NCBI GenBank assembly: GCA_030055235.1
Contig: JASGUW010000091.1
Coordinates: forward strand, 1-57,689
Length of the DNA stretch: 57,689 nucleotides
Reading direction: 5' to 3'
Origin: Bacillota bacterium
GTDB taxonomy: Bacteria; Bacillota; Clostridia; Saccharofermentanales; Fastidiosipilaceae
Shown piece after piece: positions 47,249 through 57,240 of the stretch; position 1 is the first letter of the stretch; each line of letters starts with the position of its first letter. Position numbers and translations under genes: made by a program. Below the pieces are notes generated by a model. That model had not been told where the DNA came from. It made no database searches and was given only the letters and a program-made list of their open reading frames with translations.

Positions 47249-47330
47249 AAGTCCACTTTTCGCATATTTATCCATGTTCTTGAATATATACATCGTTATA
47301 CGCATAGATACGAATATTAATGCATTCAAC

Positions 47331-47401
47331 CTTGCGAAAGCTTGAAATTTTGCTCAAGGTGGCAAGCGGCGGTGTGCAGTTTTTCAATCTTTCGCAGTTT
47401 T
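47331..47401 (+). repeat. 72-nt long-hairpin element, copy 2
   Basis: TGCGAAAGCTTGAAA, loop, then TTTCAATCTTTCGCA, followed by GTTTT. The mismatch is at the same stem position as in copy 1. Confidence 0.75.
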
Positions 47402-47549
47402 CCATGACTTCCAATGGTGGTGCATGTCATAGCCCGGCCCCAAAAGGCCATTTGTGCCCGGAATCCAGTGTTCAAACCCCGATATTCTCCACAGGCTGGC
47501 CAAAAGGGCGCTTCCTTCTCTTCTTGATACGTTTTTCCGAGACAGATGT

Positions 47550-47775
47550 ACTCGTTTTTTGTCGATGTCAAAATTCAAGGCTTCGATTTGCCAACTTTTG
47601 GAGTTGTGTCACCTTTTGCTGACACAACTCGCTTTTTTGTCCAATTTGAGAACAGAATGGCCAACTTTTGGAGTTGTGTCGCTTTTTCCTGACACAACTC
47701 GACTTTTTGACAAATTCGAAGACTGATTTGCCAACTTTTGGAGTTGTGTCAGTGTTTTCTGATACAACGAGAGTC
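47550..47775 (+). repeat. tandem array, about 3.5 x 70 bp, the inverted counterpart of 9003-9310
   Basis: GAGTTGTGTC unit starts at 47601, 47671 and 47741. Each unit is GAGTTGTGTCA-loop-CTGACACAACTC followed by G(C/A)CTTTTT on the plus strand. Confidence 0.9.
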
Positions 47776-47984
47776 TTTGTCGTGTAGGAATCAACGACTT
47801 GACTCGTGTCTCGGTAATAGATCTCGACTCCACACACATCTCTGGCTTGCTTACCGCACTCTTGTACGCAGCTCACTGAGATTTCACCATACTCATGTGG
47901 GATCCGCTGCCCTGTTCTAAAAGTACAAACACGTCATTTGACCATACGAGGGCTCTCATCCATTCCTGCCCCAATTTGGAGCAC

Positions 47985-48108
47985 CACAGCATTTGTCGCC
48001 CGTACGACTGCTTCCTATCGATTCGTTTGCCGCCGCTTCGTGAACAACATGAAAGAAAAAGAGAAAGCGGCGGTGCTGCACCGCCAGCTGGAATGAGTAG
48101 GTGTGGAC
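47985..48108 (-). repeat. dispersed repeat 'module X', copy 3 (reverse complement)
   Basis: The reverse complement reads GTCCACACC...GGCGGTGCAGCACCGCCGCTTTCTCTTTTTCTTT...GAAGCGGCGGCAAACGAAT...GGGCGACAAATGCTG. Confidence 0.8.
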
Positions 48109-48205
48109 ATTTTTTCGAGATTTCCCGATCCGTGGGGCAATATCGGCTTTTTTGTACACCGTCTGTGCAAATTTTTCGATATTGCCCGATCTTCAGACTT
48201 TCGGA
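48104..48205 (-). repeat. about 1.7 degenerate units of the 61-bp hairpin repeat (inverted relative to 8417-8660)
   Basis: The reverse complement contains GATATTGCCCCACGGATCGGGAAATCTCGAAAAAAT and GATCGGGCAATATCGAAAAAT. Confidence 0.65.
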
Positions 48206-48251
48206 TGTTTGTGTGCGCCAGACCCGGGATTTCAATCCAGCCGACAGTCTC

Positions 48252-48701
48252 CTAAAAGCCCAGGACGCGGCGGAGGTCGGCAATTTTCGGCAGCGGGTCG
48301 AGCCAGAGATAGACCAGGATCAGGATCGTGACAATAATCGCCGTGATGATCAGCTGATTTCTGGCATGACGCAGCCGCTCACGCCGACGTTTGCGGTCGA
48401 CACGGGCGGCCGTCGTATAGCCCTTGAAACGATAGATCTTCTGGCGGCCCGTGCGCTTGAGCCGGCTCGGCAGCCCCCGGTAGCGCCAGGGCTTCCAGTC
48501 ATCACCATTGTCCTTGTCTCTGGCACGTCGCCCCCAGTTGGCGGCAAACCAGGCGCGCAGCCGCTCCTGACGCGTCTCGCCTTCATCAAAGTCCAGCTCC
48601 TGATGAAGGCCGATGGCATCACCCTTCCCTTCACCGTGGTAGTGAATTTCGGGGACCTGCCTGGTCGGCTCCGGCACAGGATCGCTGCTTCGCCGCTTCA
48701 T
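48252..48701 (-). CDS. hypothetical protein with a C-terminal TM helix
   Basis: 149 aa from ATG 48701, immediately after the aminopeptidase stop. The region is highly charged and followed by LIITAIIVTILILVYLWL. Its codon and GC character matches the flanking genes. No family recognised. Confidence 0.5.
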   Translation of the reverse strand: MKRRSSDPVPEPTRQVPEIHYHGEGKGDAIGLHQELDFDEGETRQERLRAWFAANWGRRARDKDNGDDWKPWRYRGLPSRLKRTGRQKIYRFKGYTTAARVDRKRRRERLRHARNQLIITAIIVTILILVYLWLDPLPKIADLRRVLGF

Positions 48702-48703
48702 GA

Positions 48704-50239
48704 TCAACGTCGGGAGAGGAAGGCGGTGTAGGCGGCGCAGGCTTCGCGTAAATCAAGGACATGGGACACCTCAAAGGGCGCATGCATTGACAGCAGCGGT
48801 ACGCCGCAGTCAAGTACATTCATACCGAGGCGGGCAAAGAAATGGGCGATGGTGCCGCCTCCCCCCTGATCGACACGGCCGAGCTCGGCGACCTGCCAGA
48901 CGACACCGGCATCATCGAAGACACGCGTTACCTCGTGCATGAATTCGGCCGAGCAGTCGCTGGCTCCGCCCTTTCCGCCTCTGCCGGTCACCTTCATCAG
49001 GGCGACACCCTGTCCCAGATGGGCATTGTTACGCTTGTCGGAGACGGACGGGAAGGTCGGATCGAAGCCGTTACAGACATCGGCCGAGAGCATGCCGGAA
49101 GCCTCCAGGCCATAGCGCCAGAGACGTTCATCGGCTTTCCCGCAGATGCGCTGCATGATGTCGAGGAGGACGTTTTCGTAGCTGCGGGCCTGGGCACCGG
49201 TATTGCCGACACTGCCGATCTCTTCCTTATCCGTCAGCAGGACGACGGCGGTGCGGCTGGTGGTCTCCAGCCCTGCCAGGGCCTCAATCGCGGTCCAGGC
49301 GCAGATGCGGTCATCCTGGCCGTAGGCGCCGATGAGGGCGCGGTCGAAACCGACATCACGGGCCCGACCGGCAGGGACGATTTCGAGCTCGGCGGTCAGG
49401 AGATCGCGTTCGGTGATACCGTATTTTTCGTTCAGGAGCTTGAGCAGACCCAGGCTGAAGCGGCGCTCGCCGCGATCCGGCAGCGGACGCGCTCCGACGA
49501 GCAGATTGAGTTCTTCTCCCGTGACAACCTCAGCGGCGGTCTTTTTCATCTGATCGCGGCCAAGATGCGGCAGCAGATCCGTAAAGCAGAAGACGGGGTC
49601 GTCCTCAGCCTCACCGACACAGATGTCAACCGTCGTGCCGTCGGCACGGATGACCACGCCATGCAGGGCCATCGGACGGCTCGTCCACTGGTATTTTTTA
49701 ATGCCGCCGTAGTAGTGTGTTTTGAAGAGGATCAGCTCAGCATCGTCGTAGAGCGGACGCGGCTTGAGATCGACACGCGGGGAGTCAATGTGGGCGCCTA
49801 CGATGTTAAAGCCTTCCGTCACCGGACTGGCGCCGATAACGGCAGCAACAAGGCCCTTTCCGCGAATGGGGCGATAGATGCGGTCGCCGGGCAGCAGGCG
49901 CTGCTGTTCGTCCAGGGGAACAAATCCGGCCTCTTCCAGACGGGCAATGGTCTCCTTAACATAAGCGCGTTCCGTCTTTGCACGATCGAGAAAAGCCTGA
50001 TAGCTCCGCGACATCTGCATGGCCTCGGCAATCTCTGCTCCGCTGCGCAGATCCCAGAGTGTCACCGGCTCGTAGGCAAGACTTTCGCGAAGATAATCTA
50101 TCGTCGATTTATTGTCATCGCCGCCCGCGGCACTGCGCTCGCCAATGATGCGCTTCATGGCCTCGGCCGAACTTGACGCTGCCTTTTCTACGCGCTTATT
50201 CGGACGCTTGCTGCCGTTTGTCGTCTTTTCCTTCGCCAC
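48704..50239 (-). CDS. M18-family aminopeptidase
   Basis: Motifs NIVGAHIDSPRVDLKPRPLY and KTHYYGGIKKYQW are typical of clostridial aminopeptidase 1 (M18). GTG start. Confidence 0.85.
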   Translation of the reverse strand: MAKEKTTNGSKRPNKRVEKAASSSAEAMKRIIGERSAAGGDDNKSTIDYLRESLAYEPVTLWDLRSGAEIAEAMQMSRSYQAFLDRAKTERAYVKETIARLEEAGFVPLDEQQRLLPGDRIYRPIRGKGLVAAVIGASPVTEGFNIVGAHIDSPRVDLKPRPLYDDAELILFKTHYYGGIKKYQWTSRPMALHGVVIRADGTTVDICVGEAEDDPVFCFTDLLPHLGRDQMKKTAAEVVTGEELNLLVGARPLPDRGERRFSLGLLKLLNEKYGITERDLLTAELEIVPAGRARDVGFDRALIGAYGQDDRICAWTAIEALAGLETTSRTAVVLLTDKEEIGSVGNTGAQARSYENVLLDIMQRICGKADERLWRYGLEASGMLSADVCNGFDPTFPSVSDKRNNAHLGQGVALMKVTGRGGKGGASDCSAEFMHEVTRVFDDAGVVWQVAELGRVDQGGGGTIAHFFARLGMNVLDCGVPLLSMHAPFEVSHVLDLREACAAYTAFLSRR

Positions 50240-50395
50240 CGTTGATATCTCCCTCTTTTGTACTGAACGATATTATAACGAAGCCGCCTCTGTCTTGCCG
50301 AACGGATTCGTGTATGTAGCAGGGGCGACAGGCCAGACCGGGGATATCATGCTAGGATGCCAGACGTACTATCCAGCTCTGACAGGAGACAGTTC

Positions 50396-51277
50396 ATGCG
50401 TATCTACGACAACCACAGCCATACCAGGGAATATTCGCTTGACGGGAAACAGACCTTCGACGAACTCATTGCGGATGCCGAAGCGGCGGGACTCGCCGGC
50501 TTCATGATTACGGAGCACTATGACAAGGACTTGATCGACGGCATCCCTCACCCCAGAGTATCTGACTATGGAGCACCGGCGGCACCGGGGGAATGGATTT
50601 TCCCCTTCGGCCCGGTTCTTGAACGAACCCAGGCCGCCCGGGAACAGCTCAGGGCGCGCGGCAGCGAGCTTGAGATTTTGCATGGCATAGAAATTGGCTG
50701 GCTGCCCTATCAGAACCCCGGACTCTGGGACTGGATGGCCGAAAATGGGAAGGACTTTGATGGCATCATCGCCGCGGTGCACTGTGTGGACGGACGCGAC
50801 ATCTACTATGATCGGCGTTCGTATGAAGAAGGGCGAAAGGCTGCCTACGGCCGCTATCTGGATCACGCCATCGATCTGCTGCGGGCGGATCTGGATTTTG
50901 ACATTCTGGGGCATTTTGACTATGTGGAGCGTTATGCCGGCTTTGAAAATCCCAGAATGCGTTATGAGGAGCAGGCGGAGCGGCTCGACGAGCTTTTTCG
51001 TCTCCTGATCGCCCAGGGAAAGAGCATCGAGTTCAACACCCGGACACGCTATCGTACGCTGGCGTCCAGCGGGATCGATATCGGGGCGCCTGATGGCGCA
51101 ATTCTGCGCCGCTATCTGGAGCTCGGCGGCGAACGGGTATCGCTCAGCAGCGACTGCCACGAAGACCACAACGTCGGGCGCTACTTCTCCGACATGATCG
51201 AGTGGTTCCGCGCCAATGGCCTTAGATATCTGACCCATTTCAAGGGGCGCCAGGCGGTCTTTAACTCCATCGAATAA
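50396..51277 (+). CDS. PHP-family histidinol-phosphatase-like protein (HisJ/HisK family)
   Basis: N-terminus MRIYDNHSHT, plus TEH and further His/Asp metal ligands. AGGAGA lies 6 nt upstream of ATG 50396. Confidence 0.78.
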   Translation: MRIYDNHSHTREYSLDGKQTFDELIADAEAAGLAGFMITEHYDKDLIDGIPHPRVSDYGAPAAPGEWIFPFGPVLERTQAAREQLRARGSELEILHGIEIGWLPYQNPGLWDWMAENGKDFDGIIAAVHCVDGRDIYYDRRSYEEGRKAAYGRYLDHAIDLLRADLDFDILGHFDYVERYAGFENPRMRYEEQAERLDELFRLLIAQGKSIEFNTRTRYRTLASSGIDIGAPDGAILRRYLELGGERVSLSSDCHEDHNVGRYFSDMIEWFRANGLRYLTHFKGRQAVFNSIE

Positions 51278-51365
51278 CGGCGTACAGCAGCTGCAGCCAA
51301 CCCTCTGTGAAGGCGAGCGGTTCCTGAGGTAGGCGAGCAGCTCGAGGGGTTCAGAGGTAAGCGCT

Positions 51366-52709
51366 TCAGCTCCGGGTCGAATCTTCGCCGCGCAGGGCGT
51401 CCAGCCAGTCACGGATACGCTTTTCGTAGCCGTGATCCGTTGGCTCATAGAAACGCTCGTCCGCGATCTCATCGGGCAGATACTGCTGCCGGACTATGCC
51501 GCCGGGAAAGTCGTGGGGGTAGCGGTAGCCTTCGGCATAGCCAAGAGCGCGCATGCCCGTGGCCGGCGCATTTCGGATGTGATAGGGAATTTCACCCGTA
51601 CGTCGGGAGCGGACCGCCTTAAGGGCGTTGTCGATCGCCAGATAGGAGGCGTTTGACTTCGGACTCGTCGCCACCATGATGACGGCTTCTGCCAGAATGA
51701 TGCGCGCCTCCGGCATACCGATGCGGGAGATGGCGGAGTAGGCCGCCTGGGCCGTGATCAGGGCCTGAGGGTTCGCCATGCCGACATCTTCGGCGGCACA
51801 GATGACAATGCGGCGGGCGATGAACTCAATGTCCTCCCCACCCTCCAGCATGCGCGCCAGATAGTAGATGGCGGCGTCAGGATCAGAGCCGCGCATGGAC
51901 TTGATAAAGGCAGAGATCGTGTCGTAGTGCTCCTCACCGGCGCGGTCAAAGCGCACAGCGCGGCGCTGCATGCTCTCCTCGACATCCCGGAGCGTAACCG
52001 GGATGCGCCCGTCGCTGTCGGGTTCGGTGGAGCGCACGGCGAGCTCCAGAGCATTCAGGGCACGGCGGGCGTCGCCATTTGAGACATTGGCGATATAGTC
52101 GAGGGCTTCGCGGTCGATGTCGACCTTGAGTTCGCCGAGGCCGCGCTCCGGATCCGTCAGAGCCGCCTCCAGAATCTGGAGGATGTCAGCGGCCGCAAGC
52201 GGCTCCAGTTTGAAGACCGTAGAGCGCGAGATAAGGGCCTTGTTCACTTCAAAGAAGGGATTTTCGGTCGTGGCGCCGACCAGGATCAGGGTGCCGTCCT
52301 CCACCTGCGGCAGCAGGGCGTCCTGCTGGGCCTTGTTAAAGCGATGGATTTCATCGATGAAGAGCAGGGCGCGGCCGCCGGGATTGAGCAGCAGGTTGCG
52401 CGTCTCGGCAATGACGCGCTTGATGTCGGCGACGCCTGCCGTCACCGCGTTGAGGCGATGGAAGGGCAGCTTCGTCGTCTGGGCGATGACACGGGCAAGC
52501 GAAGTCTTCCCGGTGCCCGGTGGCCCGAAGAGGATGATCGAGCTCAGCCGGTCGGCACGGATCATGCGCTCGAGCAGACTGCCCGGGCCCAGAATCTTCG
52601 TTTGTCCCCGCATCTCCTCCAGACTTCGCGGCGCCATGCGCCAGGCCAGAGGTTCGCGGGCGCGTCCCTCGGGACTGTTGTCCAGGGCGAAGGCGCGGCT
52701 GTCTGGCAT
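51366..52709 (-). CDS. rarA: replication-associated recombination protein A (AAA+ ATPase)
   Basis: Walker A GPPGTGKTS, Walker B FIDEIHRFNK, and a MgsA C-terminal domain. The start shares one nucleotide with the glyA stop (TGATG). Confidence 0.92.
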   Translation of the reverse strand: MPDSRAFALDNSPEGRAREPLAWRMAPRSLEEMRGQTKILGPGSLLERMIRADRLSSIILFGPPGTGKTSLARVIAQTTKLPFHRLNAVTAGVADIKRVIAETRNLLLNPGGRALLFIDEIHRFNKAQQDALLPQVEDGTLILVGATTENPFFEVNKALISRSTVFKLEPLAAADILQILEAALTDPERGLGELKVDIDREALDYIANVSNGDARRALNALELAVRSTEPDSDGRIPVTLRDVEESMQRRAVRFDRAGEEHYDTISAFIKSMRGSDPDAAIYYLARMLEGGEDIEFIARRIVICAAEDVGMANPQALITAQAAYSAISRIGMPEARIILAEAVIMVATSPKSNASYLAIDNALKAVRSRRTGEIPYHIRNAPATGMRALGYAEGYRYPHDFPGGIVRQQYLPDEIADERFYEPTDHGYEKRIRDWLDALRGEDSTRS

Positions 52710-53944
52710 CAGCTATAGATCGGATAGCGCGCCAGCATGGCGGCGACGCGCTCTCTGACCTGGGCTGCGCTCGTTTCGGGCTGGGTCAGGGTCAGATAGA
52801 TGAAGTCGGCAATCTCATCCATGTCGGCCGGTACCAGGCCGCGTGAGCTGACGGCCGGTGTGCCCAGGCGCAGGCCGCTCGTGATCGTCGGCTTTTCTTC
52901 ATCAAAGGGGATTGTGTTTTTGTTCACCGCAATGTGGACCCGGTCAAGACGGTCCTGCAGTTCCTTCCCGGTAACGCCGGTGCCGCGCAGATCCAGCAGC
53001 ATCAGGTGATTGTCGGTACCGCCCGAAACCAGGTGCAGGCCGCGCTTTAACAGACCCGCGGCGAGTGCCTGGGCATTGTCGACGGTGCGCTGCTGCAGAT
53101 CGCGGAAAGAAGGCTTCAGAGCTTCGCCCAGGGCAACCGCCTTGGCCGCAATGATGTGCATCAGAGGGCCGCCCTGGCTGCCCGGGAAGACGGCGCTTGC
53201 GATACGGCGGGCGTGTTCCTTACGGGAGAGGAGCATGCCGCCGCGGGGGCCGCGCAGCGTTTTGTGGGTGGTGGTCGCCACTACGTCGGCGTAGGGTATG
53301 GGACTCGGGTGGAGACCGGCGGCAACAAGGCCGGCAATGTGCGCCATATCGACGAAGAGGATGGCGCCTACGCGGTCGGCGATGGCGCGGAAGCGGGCGA
53401 AGTCGAGTGTTCTGGGATAGGCGGAGGCGCCGGCGATCAGGATGCGTGGCTTCCACTCAAGAGCCTGTTCTTCCAGACGATCGTAGTTGATCCGGCCCGT
53501 CTCACGCTCCACCTGATAGAAGGCCGCCTCAAAGTAGAGGCCGGAAACGTTCTTGGCCATGCCATGGGTCAGATGGCCGCCGTGGCTGAGATCCATCCCC
53601 AGGATGCGGTCGCCGGGCTGGAGAAAGGCCAGATAGACGGCGGTATTGGCCTGAGCACCGGAGTGCGGCTGCACGTTGACATATTCGGCGCCGAAGAGCA
53701 GCTTGGCGCGCTCAATGGCGAGGTTCTCCACGATATCAACGGCTTCGCAGCCGCCATAGTAGCGGCGGCCGGGATAACCTTCGGCATATTTGTTGGTCAG
53801 GGGCGACGATGCTGCCTCAAGCACGGCCTCTGAGACTAAATTCTCAGAAGCGATCAGTTCGATATTGTCGCGCTGGCGCTGGGTTTCCTGACAGATGGCT
53901 TGGTAAACGGCCGGATCGCTCGCGGCCAGGTTAGGATAGTGCAT
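52709..53944 (-). CDS. glyA: serine hydroxymethyltransferase
   Basis: 411 aa with the PLP-lysine context [13 protein letters not shown] and conserved SHMT N-terminal motifs. Confidence 0.95.
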   Translation of the reverse strand: MHYPNLAASDPAVYQAICQETQRQRDNIELIASENLVSEAVLEAASSPLTNKYAEGYPGRRYYGGCEAVDIVENLAIERAKLLFGAEYVNVQPHSGAQANTAVYLAFLQPGDRILGMDLSHGGHLTHGMAKNVSGLYFEAAFYQVERETGRINYDRLEEQALEWKPRILIAGASAYPRTLDFARFRAIADRVGAILFVDMAHIAGLVAAGLHPSPIPYADVVATTTHKTLRGPRGGMLLSRKEHARRIASAVFPGSQGGPLMHIIAAKAVALGEALKPSFRDLQQRTVDNAQALAAGLLKRGLHLVSGGTDNHLMLLDLRGTGVTGKELQDRLDRVHIAVNKNTIPFDEEKPTITSGLRLGTPAVSSRGLVPADMDEIADFIYLTLTQPETSAAQVRERVAAMLARYPIYS

Positions 53945-54016
53945 GAGATTTGTGTTTTCCTTTCAAGGAAGCTTAGAGAGCGGTTCTAAGAGGCTCAATG
54001 AGCTATTCTAAACTAT

Positions 54017-55258
54017 TCAGAGAGCATCGGGGCTCATTGTAACAAGTTCAATCTGTTCCAGGCAGGTAGCGACAAGTGTCTCGATGTCCAGATCACGCTC
54101 GGCCTCTTCGGCATGCCGGATTTCCGGGTGAACGCGGGGATGGCGGTGGACAAAGATCGTGCAGCAGTCTTCATACGGCAGGATCGAGGTCTCAAAGGTA
54201 CCGATCTCCCTGGCGATTTCTATGGTCGCATCCTTGTCCAGTCCGATCAGGGGACGGAAGATGATACGTTCTGAGACGACATCCGTGCAGGCAAGAGCCG
54301 CCAGCGTCTGGCTCGCCACCTGTCCCAGGCTCTCTCCGGTAACCAGAGCGCCCAGTTCGCGGCGCTCCGCCAGCCGGTCGGCGACGCGGATCATCAGGCG
54401 GCGCATGACGACGGTCAGCATCTCCGGCGGGACCTTTTCGTTCAGCTCCAGCTGTGCCGGGGTGAAGTCGACCACGTGAACGGGCAGATGACCGGTGTAG
54501 ATGCTGAGCTCGGCCGCCAGCCTGAGAACTTTCTCCCGCGCCTGGTCAGAGGTAAAGGGCGAGGTGTGGAAGTAGACGGCTTCCAGGCGCAGACCGCGGG
54601 AGGCCATCATATAGCCGGCGACGGGACTGTCGATGCCGCCCGACAGCAGCAGCAGGGCGCGTCCTGAGGAGCCGAGCGGCAGACCGCGCGAGCCGGGCAG
54701 GATCTCATGATAAAGAATCAGATCGCTGCGAAGTTCGACGTACAGCGTCACTTCCGGCCGATGGACGTCGACCCTGAGTTCCGGGCAGGCTGCCAGTACG
54801 GCGGCGCCACAGGCGGCCGATATCCGGGGCGAGGTCAGCGGGAAAGTTTTGTCGCCGCGGCGGCTTTCGACCTTAAAGCTCGCGGTGCGCGGCCTGCGCT
54901 CGAGCAGCTGCCGCATGTAGAGAGCCGCGGCTGACTCTATCATGGCCGGCGTAACGGGACCCGCCCATTTGAGGGCCGGACTCACCGAGACAATGCCGAA
55001 GATCGTGCGGGCGCGCTCAGCCGCCCGGCCGAGCAGTTCGGGATCCGTGCCCTCCCGCGGCCGGACCCAGATGCGCGAATCCCTCAGATCGACCTGAAAG
55101 GCACCCAGGCCACGGAGGCGGGCTCTCAGGTTTTGCATGACACGAATCTCAAATTGTCTGCGATTTTGTCCCTTCAGCGTAATCTCGCCGATGCGGCACA
55201 AAAGAACGGATGTCGCCTGCTCCAGCGACAGGGAGTCAATGGGACCGTCAGAAGTCAT
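54017..55258 (-). CDS. thiI: tRNA 4-thiouridine(8) synthase ThiI
   Basis: THUMP-type N-terminus and PP-loop SGGIDSPVAGYMM. Confidence 0.9.
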   Translation of the reverse strand: MTSDGPIDSLSLEQATSVLLCRIGEITLKGQNRRQFEIRVMQNLRARLRGLGAFQVDLRDSRIWVRPREGTDPELLGRAAERARTIFGIVSVSPALKWAGPVTPAMIESAAALYMRQLLERRPRTASFKVESRRGDKTFPLTSPRISAACGAAVLAACPELRVDVHRPEVTLYVELRSDLILYHEILPGSRGLPLGSSGRALLLLSGGIDSPVAGYMMASRGLRLEAVYFHTSPFTSDQAREKVLRLAAELSIYTGHLPVHVVDFTPAQLELNEKVPPEMLTVVMRRLMIRVADRLAERRELGALVTGESLGQVASQTLAALACTDVVSERIIFRPLIGLDKDATIEIAREIGTFETSILPYEDCCTIFVHRHPRVHPEIRHAEEAERDLDIETLVATCLEQIELVTMSPDAL

Positions 55259-55289
55259 TTGTCTAGAAGCTTTCCTTATTTATCTATGA

Positions 55290-56432
55290 TCAGCGGTAGC
55301 GGACACGCTCGTAGCAGCTGCCAATGGCCAGGGCCAGAGCATCCACCTCCGCTTCGGTGTTGGTGCAGTCAAAACTGACACGCAGGGCATTATCGACCAG
55401 ATTGCCGCGCAGACCCATGGCGGCGAGCACATGGTTTTTGCGCCGGCGGCTTGAGCCGCAGGCTGAACCCGTAGAAATCTCAAAGCCTTCGTGAGAAAGG
55501 GCCGTTGCCATGGTTTCGCCGCGGGCGGAAGGCAGGGAAAAGCTCAAAATGGAGGGCAGTCCTTCTTCTCCCTGGCCGTGTTCCACCACCTCAAGCTCAC
55601 TGATGGCCGCGAGCAGGCGGCGGCGCAGACTGCGGGTGTGGATATAGGCCTGGGACTGCTTTTCAATGCTGATTTCGGCCGCCATGGCCAAAAGCTCCAG
55701 CGTGAGGGGGTCTTCGGTCCCACTGCGTCTCCCCTGCTGCTGTCCACCCCCCATGATCAGGGGAAGCAGCGGGGCGCCGTCTCTGGCGTAGAGCAGGCCG
55801 CTGCCGCGCGGTCCGTGAATCTTGTGTCCGCTGAGGCTGACGTAGTCCGCACCCAGGCGGCTGAGCGAAAGCCGTGTCGCCGTCTTGGTCCAGGCCTGAA
55901 CGGCGTCCACGTGCCAGAGACAGTTGGGTGCACGGGCGGCCAGAATGGTGCGGATCGATTCCAGATCCGATATGGCACCGGTTTCATTATTGACATAGAT
56001 GGTGGACAGGAGAATGACGTCGTCGGAGAGTTCCTGACGCAGACTGGCAAGATCGACAGCGCCTTCTGGTGTCAGGGGCAGCTCGACGACCTCAAAGCCA
56101 CGGCCGGCGAGCCAGCGCGCGGGCTGCAGGGTGGCGTCGTGGTCGCCCTGACCGACCAGAATGCGGCGTCCCTGACGGTGACGCTTTTCGGACACGCTGA
56201 AAAAGACCTGATTGGTCGCCTCCGTGGCGGAACTAGTCGCCACCAGCTCCCGCGGATCACAGTCAAGGGAGACGGCGAGGCGCCTCAGCGCATCGTCACG
56301 GCGGCGTGCCTGCCGCTGTCCGGATTGGTGGGCCGAGGCGGGATTGGGCCAGGCGTTGTGGATATGTGTCTGCCAGTGCTGGATCAGCTCGGGCCAGGGT
56401 TCGGTCGTGGCCGCGTGGTCAAAATAGGGCAC
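55290..56432 (-). CDS. cysteine desulfurase (NifS/IscS/NifZ class)
   Basis: N-terminus VPYFDHAATT, PLP-lysine context SLSGHKIHGPRGSG and catalytic Cys STGSACGS. GTG 56432 was chosen because the longer ORF would overlap the gntR gene. It is paired with thiI, as NifZ-ThiI is in Bacillus. Confidence 0.82.
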   Translation of the reverse strand: MPYFDHAATTEPWPELIQHWQTHIHNAWPNPASAHQSGQRQARRRDDALRRLAVSLDCDPRELVATSSATEATNQVFFSVSEKRHRQGRRILVGQGDHDATLQPARWLAGRGFEVVELPLTPEGAVDLASLRQELSDDVILLSTIYVNNETGAISDLESIRTILAARAPNCLWHVDAVQAWTKTATRLSLSRLGADYVSLSGHKIHGPRGSGLLYARDGAPLLPLIMGGGQQQGRRSGTEDPLTLELLAMAAEISIEKQSQAYIHTRSLRRRLLAAISELEVVEHGQGEEGLPSILSFSLPSARGETMATALSHEGFEISTGSACGSSRRRKNHVLAAMGLRGNLVDNALRVSFDCTNTEAEVDALALAIGSCYERVRYR

Positions 56433-56457
56433 AGAATTAGGACTCTTTCTAGTCGCG

Positions 56458-57213
56458 TTAGTCGCGGCGCTGGCTGACCGGCTCAAACTGCAGGACGCAG
56501 CGGTCGGCGCGGAGCACGGCGACGGAGAACTCACTGACGTTCCCGGAACGCGAATGGCAGGCACTCTCCACCACCAGTACCGGGGTGCCGCGGCTGATGT
56601 CGAGAGCCCTGGCTTCTTCGTGGCTCGCCGGACGGACGTGGAGGCGCCAGTCGGCGCGATGCGGCAGTAGTGGGTAGCGGTTCGCCGTGATGTCGATCAT
56701 TCGGCGGCGCGCGCGAATATCCTCAGCCAGGGTCGGAAACATGGCCGCCGGAATGAACGAGCGGCAGTAGGCGAAGCTTTTGCGCGGCTCACCCTCTGTC
56801 CAGATCACTTCAAAGTAGCGCCCGGAGCCGTCGCCGCTGTTGCCGGCAAAGGCTGATTCATACTCAGCTGGCAGGGTGTCGATTTTTTCATAGTCGATGA
56901 AGCGCTTGTCTTCCAGACTCTGACCGGCCAGAAAGCAAAAGCGAAAAGGTGAAAAATTCGGCAGGATCAGGTGATCCGGCGCTTCACGGACAAAGGTGCC
57001 CTTTCCCTTCCTGATGATCAGGAGGCCTTCGTTGACGAGCTCGGAGATCGCTTTTCGGACGGTCGGGCGGGATAGATCGAGTTCCTCACAGAGAGCAAGC
57101 TCCGTGGGAATCTGAGAACCCGGACCGTAGCTGCCATCTTCAATGCGCTCGCTGAGAAGATCCTTAAGCTGCGCATAGAGAGGCACGCTGCTGTTTTTGT
57201 CGATTTTCATCAT
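56458..57213 (-). CDS. GntR-family transcriptional regulator (HutC/UTRA subfamily)
   Basis: Winged HTH (PLYAQLKDLL...IPTELALCEELDLSRPTVRKAISELVNEGLL) and a UTRA-like C-terminal domain. GGAGGA RBS. Confidence 0.85.
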   Translation of the reverse strand: MMKIDKNSSVPLYAQLKDLLSERIEDGSYGPGSQIPTELALCEELDLSRPTVRKAISELVNEGLLIIRKGKGTFVREAPDHLILPNFSPFRFCFLAGQSLEDKRFIDYEKIDTLPAEYESAFAGNSGDGSGRYFEVIWTEGEPRKSFAYCRSFIPAAMFPTLAEDIRARRRMIDITANRYPLLPHRADWRLHVRPASHEEARALDISRGTPVLVVESACHSRSGNVSEFSVAVLRADRCVLQFEPVSQRRD

Positions 57214-57240
57214 GATTCATTGTCCTCCGGGTTTACTCCA

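Noticed and set aside
8251-48205. The 38-kb segment bounded by inverted repeats was considered as a mobile element, prophage or genomic island.
   Set aside because: The content is core metabolism and DNA repair (dapL, miaB, mutS, mutL, miaA, lexA, leuA, asd, liv). There are no phage, conjugation or transposase genes. The inverted repeats are better explained as copies of an intergenic repeat element.
691-56477. Many long alternative-frame or antisense ORFs lie inside well-supported genes. Examples are 691-1500 (-), 3854-4951 (-), 5159-6418 (-), 14240-15079 (-), 17601-18509 (-), 29707-30840 (-), 32421-34019 (+), 40874-42106 (-), 42511-43275 (-), 48842-50176 (+), 50369-51472 (-) and 55491-56477 (+).
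   Set aside because: They have the typical high-GC shadow-ORF composition, rich in Arg, Ala, Gly and Pro. They carry no motifs, and each overlaps a gene with clear family signatures on the other strand or frame.
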